The notes under the pieces: generated by a model | Seen by the model: only the letters and a program-made list of their open reading frames with translations | What the model was told of the DNA's origin: nothing | Databases searched by the model: none | Source of the DNA: Candidatus Amesbacteria bacterium | Lineage (GTDB): Bacteria; Patescibacteriota; Microgenomatia; CAZETR01; Amesbacteraceae | Reading direction: 5' to 3' | Assembly: GCA_027331445.1 (NCBI GenBank) | Contig: DAHWUD010000001.1 | Coordinates: 109,157 to 168,596 of the forward strand | Length of the DNA: 59,440 nt | Program-made: the position numbers and the translations under genes | Shown here: one piece after another, positions 8,847 to 17,536 of the stretch | Numbering within the stretch: the stretch's first letter is position 1 | Layout: each line of letters starts with the position of its first letter

Positions 8847-10525
8847 CCACCCGGATCCGCCTTATCCACCTCTTTTTCTTCATCTGGCTCCTGCTCATCA
8901 TCGCCCGCCTGTCGTACTGGCAGATAGTCAAAGCCGCAGACCTGCGCGCCCAGGCGCAGCAGCAGTATTCTACTTCTCTCATCCTGCCCGCTTCCCGGGG
9001 TGAAATTCTTAGTTCGGACGGGTTCCCGCTGGTGACGAATACCGAAAATTATCTGCTCTATGCTCAGCCCCAGCTGATGCCCAAAGATTTTGCCACTCTC
9101 ACCAAACTCAGCTCGGCCTTGCCGGCCTCCGATAGTGCTGCCGTGGCCATGATTCCTACCAGTCATCTTTCCTGGCTGCCGCTGGCCCGCGATCTGGATG
9201 CACAGACCAAAGCCGCAGTTGCAGCTCTGCACATTCCCGGCCTGGGCTTTGAATCCCAACCTGTCCGCTACTATCCGGAAGGCAGCAGCAGCGCTTATAT
9301 TACCGGTTTTGTCGGCCAGGATGCCGCCGGCAACCCCGTCGGGTATTTTGGTCTTGAAGGCTACTACAACCGCCTGCTTTCCGGGAAACCCGGCCGCCTT
9401 CTAGAGCAACAGGATGCCTTCGCCCGTCCCATCCTTATCTCCGACCAGGATCGCATTCCTCCACAGGACGGCGGCACCATTACCACCTCCATCGACCGCA
9501 CCCTGCAGTATCTGGCCTGGCAGGAATTATCCGCCGGCATTCAGAAATACCAAACGGATAGCGGCACCATTTCTATTATGGACACGTCCACAGGCCGGAT
9601 TTTAGCAATGGTCGCCCTTCCCGGTTACGATCCCGCCCATTACGCTTCGTATGACACTTCGCTTTACAAAAACCCCGTCATTTCAGACTTTTATGAACCC
9701 GGGTCGACTTTCAAAACCGTCGTCATGTCCTCCGCCCTGGACTTAGGCGCGGTCACACCGGCCAGCCGCTGCACCATCTGCACCGGCCCGGTCACACTGT
9801 CCGGCCTGCTGGTTCACGACTACGACGACCAATATCACCCCAACAGCACTATGGCAGATATTATTCTGAATTCCGATAATGTCGGCATGGTCGGCGTGGC
9901 CCAAAAGATGGGTCGGGACGAGCTTCTCAGCTATATTCGCAAATTTGGTTTCGGCAAACTGACCGGCATTGACCTGCAGGAAGAAACTACTCCCGAACTG
10001 CGCCCCGACGCCGCCTGGGAAGACGTGGATTGGGGCACCGCCGCCTTTGGCCAGGGTATCGCCGTCACCCGCCTGCAATTACTCGCCGCCGTCAATGCCA
10101 TTGCCAATCACGGCTTATATATGCCCCCCCGGCTGGTTACCCGCATCACTTCCGGTGGTACCACCAAGGACCTGCCGCCCCCGCCGGGTATTCAGGTTAT
10201 TTCTGAAAAGGCCGCCTATGCCATGACCCAGATGATGGTAAACGGCGTCAACAACGGTGAAGTCCGTTACTACAAGCCCGCCGGCTTTGTCATCGCCGGA
10301 AAAACCGGGACCGCCCAGGTACCCATCGCCGGCCATTATGACCCCAACGCCGCGATCGCCTCCTTTGTCGGGTTTGCCCCGGCGGACAACCCGCGATTTA
10401 CCATGCTGGTTACGCTCAAAAACCCTAAAAACGGCCAGTGGGGGAGTACCACCGCCGCGCCTTTATGGTTCGATCTGGCCCAAAAAATCTTCCGTTATTA
10501 CAACATTTCCCCCCACCCCAATTAA
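8843..10525 (+). CDS. ftsI: Class B penicillin-binding protein (FtsI/PBP2-like transpeptidase)
   Basis: RGEILSSDG, SxxK (GSTFK), SxN (SDN) and KTG motifs all intact. dcw position. Confidence 0.9.
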   Translation: MTTRIRLIHLFFFIWLLLIIARLSYWQIVKAADLRAQAQQQYSTSLILPASRGEILSSDGFPLVTNTENYLLYAQPQLMPKDFATLTKLSSALPASDSAAVAMIPTSHLSWLPLARDLDAQTKAAVAALHIPGLGFESQPVRYYPEGSSSAYITGFVGQDAAGNPVGYFGLEGYYNRLLSGKPGRLLEQQDAFARPILISDQDRIPPQDGGTITTSIDRTLQYLAWQELSAGIQKYQTDSGTISIMDTSTGRILAMVALPGYDPAHYASYDTSLYKNPVISDFYEPGSTFKTVVMSSALDLGAVTPASRCTICTGPVTLSGLLVHDYDDQYHPNSTMADIILNSDNVGMVGVAQKMGRDELLSYIRKFGFGKLTGIDLQEETTPELRPDAAWEDVDWGTAAFGQGIAVTRLQLLAAVNAIANHGLYMPPRLVTRITSGGTTKDLPPPPGIQVISEKAAYAMTQMMVNGVNNGEVRYYKPAGFVIAGKTGTAQVPIAGHYDPNAAIASFVGFAPADNPRFTMLVTLKNPKNGQWGSTTAAPLWFDLAQKIFRYYNISPHPN

Positions 10526-10545
10526 GGCATATAATAAAGCCGTCT

Positions 10546-10902
10546 ATGCATGCCCACCACATTTCATTTAAACACGCATTTGAAGGCCTTATCACCGCAC
10601 TCAAAACCCAGCCCAACTTTCGTATCCATTTATTTTTTTCCCTGGGTGCCCTGGTTCTCGGGTTACTACTGCATATTTCCGGGATCCAATGGACCATTAT
10701 TGCCTTCACCATTGCCGGCGGCCTGGCCGTGGAACTGATCAATACTGCTATCGAGTTTACCGTCGATCTACTGACTGACCAGTATCACGTCCTGGCTAAA
10801 TACGCCAAGGACACAGCCGCTGCCGCCATGCTGGTCTACGCCGTGGGCAGCGTTGCCGTGGCCCTGCTTATTTTTCTGCCCAAACTATGGCCATATATTT
10901 AG
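10546..10902 (+). CDS. dgkA: Diacylglycerol/undecaprenol kinase family (DgkA/UdpK), start ATG 10546
   Basis: SFKHAFEGL..A...QPNFRIH, ELINTAIEFTVDL, AKYAKDTAAAAML. Confidence 0.9.
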   Translation: MHAHHISFKHAFEGLITALKTQPNFRIHLFFSLGALVLGLLLHISGIQWTIIAFTIAGGLAVELINTAIEFTVDLLTDQYHVLAKYAKDTAAAAMLVYAVGSVAVALLIFLPKLWPYI

Positions 10903-11912
10903 GCATTCTGCTCTTTGCCTTCATTACCGCCTCCATCGCCATCGTCCCTTACATTGACCTCCTTTATCGGCTCCGTTTCTTAAACCGCGCCCCTATCCAC
11001 CCGGCTACCCCGCTCGAAGATACCGAATTTTCCGCTTTGTCTCAAAAAGATCAGTGGAAAATCGGCACCCCTATCGGTGGGGGAGTCCTCATTATTGTCC
11101 TTGTCAGTCTGCTGTTTTATTTGCTGTTCCCCATGCTCATTAAATTTGGGGTTTATATCACCTCGGTTTTTCCGAGACGGCCCCAGCTTAATGTCATTTT
11201 CTTTACCTTTATCTCCTTCGGTCTGGTCGGTCTGTATGATGATTTAATTAAAGTCTTTCACCTGGCCCCGCGGTCAGACTGGAAAATAAAAACCGCTTTC
11301 GAGATTATTTTTTCCCTGCTTAGCGCCTATCTCATCCGTACCACCCTGCACGTCGGAATGGTTTATTTTCCCCTGCTGGGCATTCTGCATTTGGGCTGGC
11401 TTTATATTCCCGTCGCCGGCGCCATAATCTTCTTTTTTTGCCGCGCCATGGACATTACGGACGGCATGGACGGTTTATCCTCCGGCCTGCTCATCATCTG
11501 TCTCATGGCGTTCTGGGCCATTTCCGTTTCGATTTTAGATACGGTGCTGTCCACATTTATCGCGCTGTGGATCGGCTCCCTTCTGGCCTTTCTCTACTTC
11601 AATATCTACCCCGCCCGGATCTGGCTGGGAAATGCCGGCAGCCTGTCTTTTGGGGCTACTCTGGCCGTGACCGGGCTCCTGCTGGGTAAGATCTCGGTTT
11701 TATTTTTGATCGGCGGCATCTTTGCTCTCGAAGCTTTCATGCACTATTCCCAACGTTTGTCTTATCTCCTCTTTAAACGCCGGCTTTTTCCTGTTACACC
11801 TCTCCATTATTATTTGGAAAGTCAGGGCTGGTCGGAACCCAAAATTGTGCAGCGGCTGTGGTTGGTCGGTATCATCCTGGACTTCGTCGGCCTATGGCTC
11901 GCCACCGCCTGA
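10887..11912 (+). CDS. mraY: MraY (phospho-N-acetylmuramoyl-pentapeptide transferase) homolog with altered active-site residues
   Basis: GTPIGGG, GLYDDLIK, ITDGMDGL, FNIYPARI, PLH..E..GWSEPKIV..LW. About 10 hydrophobic segments. dcw position. Confidence 0.85.
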   Translation: MAIYLGILLFAFITASIAIVPYIDLLYRLRFLNRAPIHPATPLEDTEFSALSQKDQWKIGTPIGGGVLIIVLVSLLFYLLFPMLIKFGVYITSVFPRRPQLNVIFFTFISFGLVGLYDDLIKVFHLAPRSDWKIKTAFEIIFSLLSAYLIRTTLHVGMVYFPLLGILHLGWLYIPVAGAIIFFFCRAMDITDGMDGLSSGLLIICLMAFWAISVSILDTVLSTFIALWIGSLLAFLYFNIYPARIWLGNAGSLSFGATLAVTGLLLGKISVLFLIGGIFALEAFMHYSQRLSYLLFKRRLFPVTPLHYYLESQGWSEPKIVQRLWLVGIILDFVGLWLATA

Positions 11913-12955
11913 TCGCCCTTTTAGTAATTCTGCTTGTCTTCTTCGGCCTGATCATGGTCGCCAGCGCTTCCGTTGTCGACGCTGCCCGCGATTTTGGCGA
12001 TAAATGGTATTATCTCAAACTTCAAAGTGTCTGGGCCGCCCTCGGCTTGGTCGTTTTTTTTCTGGTTTCCCGCTGGCCGCATCAGCGCCTGGCCAAGTAC
12101 GCCCGGCCTTTGTTTTGGCTGACCACCGTTTTATTGTTGGCCGTGCTCATTCCCGGCATCGGTACCAAGCTTTTAGGCGCCCGCCGCTGGATTAACCTGG
12201 GTTTTTTCAACCTCCAGCCGGCCGAATTGGCCAAATTTTCCATCTGCGTCTATCTGGCTGCTCTGCTTAAAAAAACTTCGTCCTTTGCCGCTTTTCTTTT
12301 CCCGGTCGCGGTTTTTTCCGGCCTGGTATTTTTGGAGCCGGATCTGGGCACCGCCATGGTGGTTTCCATAGGCTCCCTCATCACTTATTTTGTTATTACC
12401 GGTAAAATCACCCAGATGGCCCTGGCCGCCCCCGTTGCCTTGTTGTTATTGTTGGCAGTGATTTTTTTATCTCCTTACCGGGCCTCCCGCTTTCAGGATT
12501 TTCTAAATTCTTCCCATGATACCCAGGGTTCTTCATATCAGATTCGCCAGGCCCTGTTGGCTCTGGGTTCCGGTGGCATTACCGGCGTCGGCCTCGGCCA
12601 ATCCCGAGAAAAATATGAATTTCTTCCCGAAGTGACCACCGATTCCATTTTTGCCGTCATCGGCGAGGAGTTGGGCCTCATCGGAGCCGTAGTTCTCCTG
12701 GTCGTCTTTTTTCTGCTTATTTCCACCGGTCTTCAGGTCGCCGCCCGGGCCCCGGCCCCTTTTTCCGCGAATTTAGCCCTGGCCGTCACCTCCCTCCTGG
12801 CAGTTCAGGCTTTTTTAAATATTTCCGCCATCATCGCCCTTTTACCATTGACCGGTATCCCCTTACCTTTTATTTCCTACGGCGGCTCTTCATTGGTCAT
12901 CGTTTTGCTCTCCATGGGTATCCTTGTTAATATTGCCAGAAGCGACCGCCTATGA
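11894..12955 (+). CDS. ftsW: SEDS peptidoglycan polymerase FtsW (start re-set to ATG 11894)
   Basis: GLIMVASAS, GARRWI, QPAELAK, EPDLGT, GLGQSREKYEFLPEVTTDSIFAVIGEELG, PFISYGGSS. Confidence 0.93.
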   Translation: MARHRLIALLVILLVFFGLIMVASASVVDAARDFGDKWYYLKLQSVWAALGLVVFFLVSRWPHQRLAKYARPLFWLTTVLLLAVLIPGIGTKLLGARRWINLGFFNLQPAELAKFSICVYLAALLKKTSSFAAFLFPVAVFSGLVFLEPDLGTAMVVSIGSLITYFVITGKITQMALAAPVALLLLLAVIFLSPYRASRFQDFLNSSHDTQGSSYQIRQALLALGSGGITGVGLGQSREKYEFLPEVTTDSIFAVIGEELGLIGAVVLLVVFFLLISTGLQVAARAPAPFSANLALAVTSLLAVQAFLNISAIIALLPLTGIPLPFISYGGSSLVIVLLSMGILVNIARSDRL

Positions 12956-14043
12956 CTTCCTCTCCAACTCTTATTTTTACCGGCGGGCATCACACCGGCG
13001 CTCTGGAAGTCGCCAAAAAGCTGCAGCAGTCCGGAGTCGCCGTTATCTGGCTGGGTCACCGCCATTCTCTCTGGGGTGATCGTCGTGATTCGGCCGAATA
13101 CCGGGAGGTTACTGCCTCCGGCTTTCCTTTCTATGACCTGCAGGCCGGCAAGTTGTACCGCACTTTTAACCCGCTCAAACTTTTTCGCCTCCCCTGGGGT
13201 TTTGTCCAGTCTTTTGCCCTGCTTCTCGCTTTGAAAATCCGGCTGGGATCAGATTTGAAAGGGATTGTCTCATTCGGCGGTTATTTAGCCGTGCCGGTCG
13301 TCTGCGCCGGTTGGCTTCTGGGCCTCCCTGCATTGACCCACGAACAGACCCTTACCCAGGGTTGGGCTAACCGGTTTATCTCCCGGTTTGTCAAAAAAAA
13401 TGCCCTTTCCTGGCCCGCCGGCGCTGCTCATTATCCGGCCGGCAAAACCGTAGTCACCGGTTTGCCCCTCCGTCCCTGGCTGCTGACGCTGCACCCCCGT
13501 CCCACCGTGCCCCCTACCATATATATCACCGGGGGCAAGCAGGGCAGTCACGTCATCAATCAGGCGGTTTTTGCCGCCCTGCCGGAATTATTGGCCGGCT
13601 TTCAGGTGGTTCATCAAACCGGCGACAACTCACTTTTCCCCGACCATGAGACGGCGCTCAAATTACGTTCCGAACTGCCGGCGTCCCGGCAATCCCGCTA
13701 CCGGGTCTTTTCCTATCTGACTTCTGCAGAACTAGCCGGGGTTTTTTCTTCCCGCCCCCTGGTCATCAGCCGGTCCGGCGCCCATATCATCTATGAACTG
13801 ATGCTGCTCAAATTGCCCTGTGTCCTGATTCCGCTTCCCCGGTCATCCCACGCCGAGCAGCTGCAAAACGCCGAATTGTTGGTTTCCTTTCACCAGGCCG
13901 TTCTCCTGCCTCAATCCGGACTGACCCCCCGCTCATTGCTCGCGGCCGTGACCGCGGCCGGCGGGCTGCAGCCTGATCCGCCGCCGGTTCTGCTGGATGG
14001 TCTGGACCATCTGATTCAATTAATTAAACAGGAGCTGTTATGA
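12952..14043 (+). CDS. murG: MurG undecaprenyl-PP-MurNAc-pentapeptide GlcNAc transferase (divergent N-terminal motif)
   Basis: FGGYLAVP, HEQT, VTGLPLR, ITGGKQGS..IN, SRSGA...E, EQ..NA. Follows ftsW. Confidence 0.88.
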   Translation: MTSSPTLIFTGGHHTGALEVAKKLQQSGVAVIWLGHRHSLWGDRRDSAEYREVTASGFPFYDLQAGKLYRTFNPLKLFRLPWGFVQSFALLLALKIRLGSDLKGIVSFGGYLAVPVVCAGWLLGLPALTHEQTLTQGWANRFISRFVKKNALSWPAGAAHYPAGKTVVTGLPLRPWLLTLHPRPTVPPTIYITGGKQGSHVINQAVFAALPELLAGFQVVHQTGDNSLFPDHETALKLRSELPASRQSRYRVFSYLTSAELAGVFSSRPLVISRSGAHIIYELMLLKLPCVLIPLPRSSHAEQLQNAELLVSFHQAVLLPQSGLTPRSLLAAVTAAGGLQPDPPPVLLDGLDHLIQLIKQELL

Positions 14044-14726
14044 CCCGCCGCCGTCGCCTTCATGCTTTACCCCTCGTCCTTATCTTTCTGGGGCTGTTGT
14101 TTGCCGGACTCTACCATTTTCTGCGCGTTCGGCAAATCGTCTGTTATGACCAGTTTGGTACCTGTGCGGCCGAAATTTCCCGCCCCCTCTCCCGTTACTT
14201 GGGTTGGCCTTTGTTAGCTGCACTGCCCACCGCCCGAGTTACCAAAGATTTAGCAGCCTTTCCGCAAATTAAATCAGTGTCTCTTTACCGCCGTTTGCCC
14301 TCGGTTATGGTCGTAGTCATTTCCCTAAGAAATCCCGTCGGGGCCATGGGGGTCCAGGTTCTGGGCGCCCACGTGGCCGTAGATCAGGATGGGGTGGTTT
14401 TTGCGCTCCCGTCCCAAAATACTTTGCCCCTGCTTATTTCTCCGGTAGTTCCCGGTTTGTCATCGCGGGTCTCGGCCGATCAGCTCCGGGCTCTCTCGGA
14501 TTTGAATTTAGTCAACACCCTTTTTGACACTCCCATTTCCGGATCTTTGTCCGGGTCGGATTTGACCGTGTACGCCCCCCAAGGCCTGCAGATTATTCTT
14601 AGTGTTGCTAACACCACATCAAACTGGTACACTCCTTTACAATTACTTCTGAAGAGAAGTAAAATAAACGCGAAAATGCCCCATAAAATCGATCTTAGAT
14701 TTAATGATGCCGTTCTCACTTATTAG
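14040..14726 (+). CDS. ftsQ: FtsQ/DivIB-like protein
   Basis: Basic N-terminus, one TM, POTRA-like segment (FPQIKSVSLYRRLPS) and C-terminal IDLRF. Located between murG and ftsA. Confidence 0.7.
   Translation: MTRRRRLHALPLVLIFLGLLFAGLYHFLRVRQIVCYDQFGTCAAEISRPLSRYLGWPLLAALPTARVTKDLAAFPQIKSVSLYRRLPSVMVVVISLRNPVGAMGVQVLGAHVAVDQDGVVFALPSQNTLPLLISPVVPGLSSRVSADQLRALSDLNLVNTLFDTPISGSLSGSDLTVYAPQGLQIILSVANTTSNWYTPLQLLLKRSKINAKMPHKIDLRFNDAVLTY
14605..14633 (+). promoter_or_regulatory. Candidate internal promoter for ftsA(Z) inside ftsQ
   Basis: TTGCTA (14605-14610), 17 nt, TACACT (14628-14633), with extended TG at 14625-14626, in a locally AT-rich patch. Confidence 0.55.
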
Positions 14727-14728
14727 TT

Positions 14729-15991
14729 ATGGCCAAGAGTAGATTAATTTCCGCGATCGATATTGGCAGTTCCAAAATCGCGGCTTTGATTGCCCAATTC
14801 CGGGAAGAGGAATCACAAAAATTGCATATTGTCGGAGCCGCTTCCGTGCCATCGCGGGGCGTCAGGAAGGGCCAAATCGTCAACATCGATGAGGCGGTGG
14901 GCGCTATCAGCGAAGCCGTCGAGGCCTCCGAACGCATGGCCGGGTACAATATTTCCACGGCCTGGGTCTCGGTCGGGGGATCGCATATCAATTCCCAAAA
15001 TAGCCATGGGGTAGTCGCCGTCGCGCAGCCCCAGAATGAAATCGTCGCCGAAGATGTCCGCCGGGTTCTGGAAGCCGCACGGGCCATTACTTTGCCGTCG
15101 TCTTCGGAAATTATCCACGTCATTCCCCGCCAATACACGGTCGACAGCCAGGAAGGTGTCAAAGACCCCGTCGGCATGACCGGCATCCGCCTGGAAGTCG
15201 ATACTCACATCATTACCGGCTCTTCGCCGGTCATCAGAAATCTTTCCAAATGCGTGACCGAAGTGGGCTGCGATATTGCCGGGCTGGCTTTTACCGGTCT
15301 AGCGAGCAGTGAAGCCGTGTTATCGGACACCGAAAAGGAGTTGGGTGTGGTCCTGGTAGATATCGGCGGCGGGACCATGAGTATGGCCATCTACGCCGAA
15401 GGGGCCTTGTCTTATTCCTCCGTGCTTCAGGTCGGAGCCATCAACGTCACCAAGGATTTGGCCGCCGGCCTGCGGGTATCTTTGGAGAGCGCCGAAAAAA
15501 TTAAGCTCTACCTGGGTTCTCTTAAGACCAAAGAAGACGATATCGACATCAGTTCCTTAAATCTTCCCGAAGAGATGAAAACGGTTTCCACCAAGACCCT
15601 GGTCGAAGGCATTATCCGCCCCCGGCTCAATGAGATGTTTCAGATCACCGCCGGAGAGATCAAAAAAAGCAATCTGGGCGGATTGACTCCCTCGGGTATC
15701 GTTTTAACCGGGGGCGGCGCCCTGACTGTGGGCATCGTTGATTCGGCCAAACGCATGCTGGGTATGCCGGTCCGCGTGGGCATTCCCACTCATATTTCCG
15801 GCCTGATTGACGATATCGAAAATCCCGCTTTTGCCTCTACCATCGGTCTGCTGCGTCTCGCCCAGTCAGATCTGGAAAGCGGCAATGTCGGCCGCGGTTT
15901 ATCTGTACCTTCATTCCCCTCCCTGAATAAAATACCGGTCAAAGGTCTTTTGGGCAAAGCTACCCAGTGGGCCAAGTCTTTACTGCCCTGA
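14729..15991 (+). CDS. ftsA: Cell division protein FtsA
   Basis: AIDIGSSKI, VDIGGGT, VLTGGGA and a C-terminal amphipathic helix (LLGKATQWAKSLLP). Confidence 0.97.
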   Translation: MAKSRLISAIDIGSSKIAALIAQFREEESQKLHIVGAASVPSRGVRKGQIVNIDEAVGAISEAVEASERMAGYNISTAWVSVGGSHINSQNSHGVVAVAQPQNEIVAEDVRRVLEAARAITLPSSSEIIHVIPRQYTVDSQEGVKDPVGMTGIRLEVDTHIITGSSPVIRNLSKCVTEVGCDIAGLAFTGLASSEAVLSDTEKELGVVLVDIGGGTMSMAIYAEGALSYSSVLQVGAINVTKDLAAGLRVSLESAEKIKLYLGSLKTKEDDIDISSLNLPEEMKTVSTKTLVEGIIRPRLNEMFQITAGEIKKSNLGGLTPSGIVLTGGGALTVGIVDSAKRMLGMPVRVGIPTHISGLIDDIENPAFASTIGLLRLAQSDLESGNVGRGLSVPSFPSLNKIPVKGLLGKATQWAKSLLP

Positions 15992-15998
15992 CTTCTAC

Positions 15999-16007
15999 TG
16001 CTACAAT
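15999..16007 (+). promoter_or_regulatory. Extended -10 promoter candidate for ftsZ
   Basis: TGcTACAAT in the ftsA-ftsZ gap. Confidence 0.5.
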
Positions 16008-16053
16008 CAACCCGCTCCTGCCCTATAGCGTAATCTGCTCATCTTAATTTAAT

Positions 16054-17262
16054 ATGGCGTTAGTAAAACCAGACGTCGGGAGACTAGCCAAGATTAAAGT
16101 GATTGGAGTTGGCGGCGGGGGTGGAAACGCTCTCAACTCCATGATCACCAGCAACACTATTAATGGTGTTGATTTCATTGCCGTGAATACCGATGCTCAG
16201 GTCCTGCTGACCAATCTGGCTCCCACCAAGATCCAAATCGGCGAAAATCTCACCCGGGGCTTGGGTTCGGGCGGCAATCCGGATATCGGCAGCCAGGCCG
16301 CGGAGGAGTCCCGCGAAAAAATCAAGGAATTATTGATCGATTCGGATATGGTTTTTATCACCGCGGGTATGGGCGGCGGTACCGGCACCGGGGCCGCTCC
16401 GGTCATCGCCGAAATCTCCAAGGAACAGGGAGCTCTCACCGTGGCCATCGTCACTAAGCCCTTCTCCTTTGAAGGCGCCCGCCGCATGGTTAACGCCGAA
16501 GACGGCATCGAAAAGCTGAAAAGCAAAGTCGATACCCTGATTGTGATTCCCAATCAGCGTCTTCTTGACGTCGTGGATCGGAAAATGACTCTTCTGGAAG
16601 CCTTCCGGGTCGCCGACTCCGTATTGACCCAGGGTGTCCAGGGTATTTCCGACATCATTACCGTTCCCGGTCTGATCAATGTGGATTTCGCCGACGTCAA
16701 ATCCGTTATGAAGGACGCCGGGTCCGCTCTCATGGGTATCGGCAGCGGGGTCGGGGAGAACCGGGCCCAAATGGCCGCCCGGGGCGCCGTGTCTTCACCG
16801 CTTCTGGATGTCGCCATAGACGGAGCCAAAGGGGTGCTTTTCAATATCACCGGCGGTCCGGATATGACCATGATCGAGGTGGACGAGGCCGCCCAGATTA
16901 TTTCTGAAGCCGCCGACGCCGACGCCAATATTATCTTCGGCGCCGCCATTGATGACAAGTTAGTCGACCAGATGCGCATTACGGTCATCGCCACCGGTTT
17001 TGACGAGACCCGCTCCCGCCTGGCCAGCATGATTACCAGAAATAAGCCGGTGCATAGGGGCAATCCGGTCGCTTCCGGCATAGTCAGCGAAAAACCCGTG
17101 CTTGAGCCTCAGCCGCAGTTTCGTCCGTCTTCCCCCCCGGCGTCGGCGTCGGCTCCCTCTTCATCGACCCCCGCTGCCGAACCTCCTGCCGCCGAACCCG
17201 CTTCTGAATCTGAAGGCGAATCCGACTGGGATATCCCCGCCTTTTTAAGGCAGGGAAGGTGA
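16054..17262 (+). CDS. ftsZ: Cell division protein FtsZ
   Basis: [26 protein letters not shown] and C-terminal DIPAFLR peptide after a Pro/Ala/Ser linker. Confidence 0.99.
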   Translation: MALVKPDVGRLAKIKVIGVGGGGGNALNSMITSNTINGVDFIAVNTDAQVLLTNLAPTKIQIGENLTRGLGSGGNPDIGSQAAEESREKIKELLIDSDMVFITAGMGGGTGTGAAPVIAEISKEQGALTVAIVTKPFSFEGARRMVNAEDGIEKLKSKVDTLIVIPNQRLLDVVDRKMTLLEAFRVADSVLTQGVQGISDIITVPGLINVDFADVKSVMKDAGSALMGIGSGVGENRAQMAARGAVSSPLLDVAIDGAKGVLFNITGGPDMTMIEVDEAAQIISEAADADANIIFGAAIDDKLVDQMRITVIATGFDETRSRLASMITRNKPVHRGNPVASGIVSEKPVLEPQPQFRPSSPPASASAPSSSTPAAEPPAAEPASESEGESDWDIPAFLRQGR

Positions 17263-17268
17263 AGACAT

Positions 17269-17532
17269 ATGGAAAAACAAACAGACCCCCGGACTAGGAC
17301 AGAATTTGCCAGCCGATTGTTAGGAAGGCCGGTGATGAACACCGAAGGTCATTTTGAGAACCCCATGGATTTTTCCTTCCTCATTATCGATAAAATCCAG
17401 TATTGTTCAGCAGACCCAAATACTTGCCTCCGGTTTTTAGCTGGACTTTGCTATATCCAGCACTGCACTATCAACGGCGTCCGTTGTCCAAATGCCCAAG
17501 CCGTAACAAGTGATCAAACTGTTGTAAAATAG
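17269..17532 (+). CDS. Hypothetical 87-aa protein with five Cys in the C-terminal half
   Basis: Fills the ftsZ-ileS gap. SD-like GGAAGGTG 6 nt before the ATG. Confidence 0.6.
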   Translation: MEKQTDPRTRTEFASRLLGRPVMNTEGHFENPMDFSFLIIDKIQYCSADPNTCLRFLAGLCYIQHCTINGVRCPNAQAVTSDQTVVK

Positions 17533-17536
17533 CCTC

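Noticed and set aside
17130-17230. Short tandem-like repeats in the ftsZ 3' region
   Set aside because: They are codons for the ordinary Pro/Ala/Ser/Glu linker of FtsZ.
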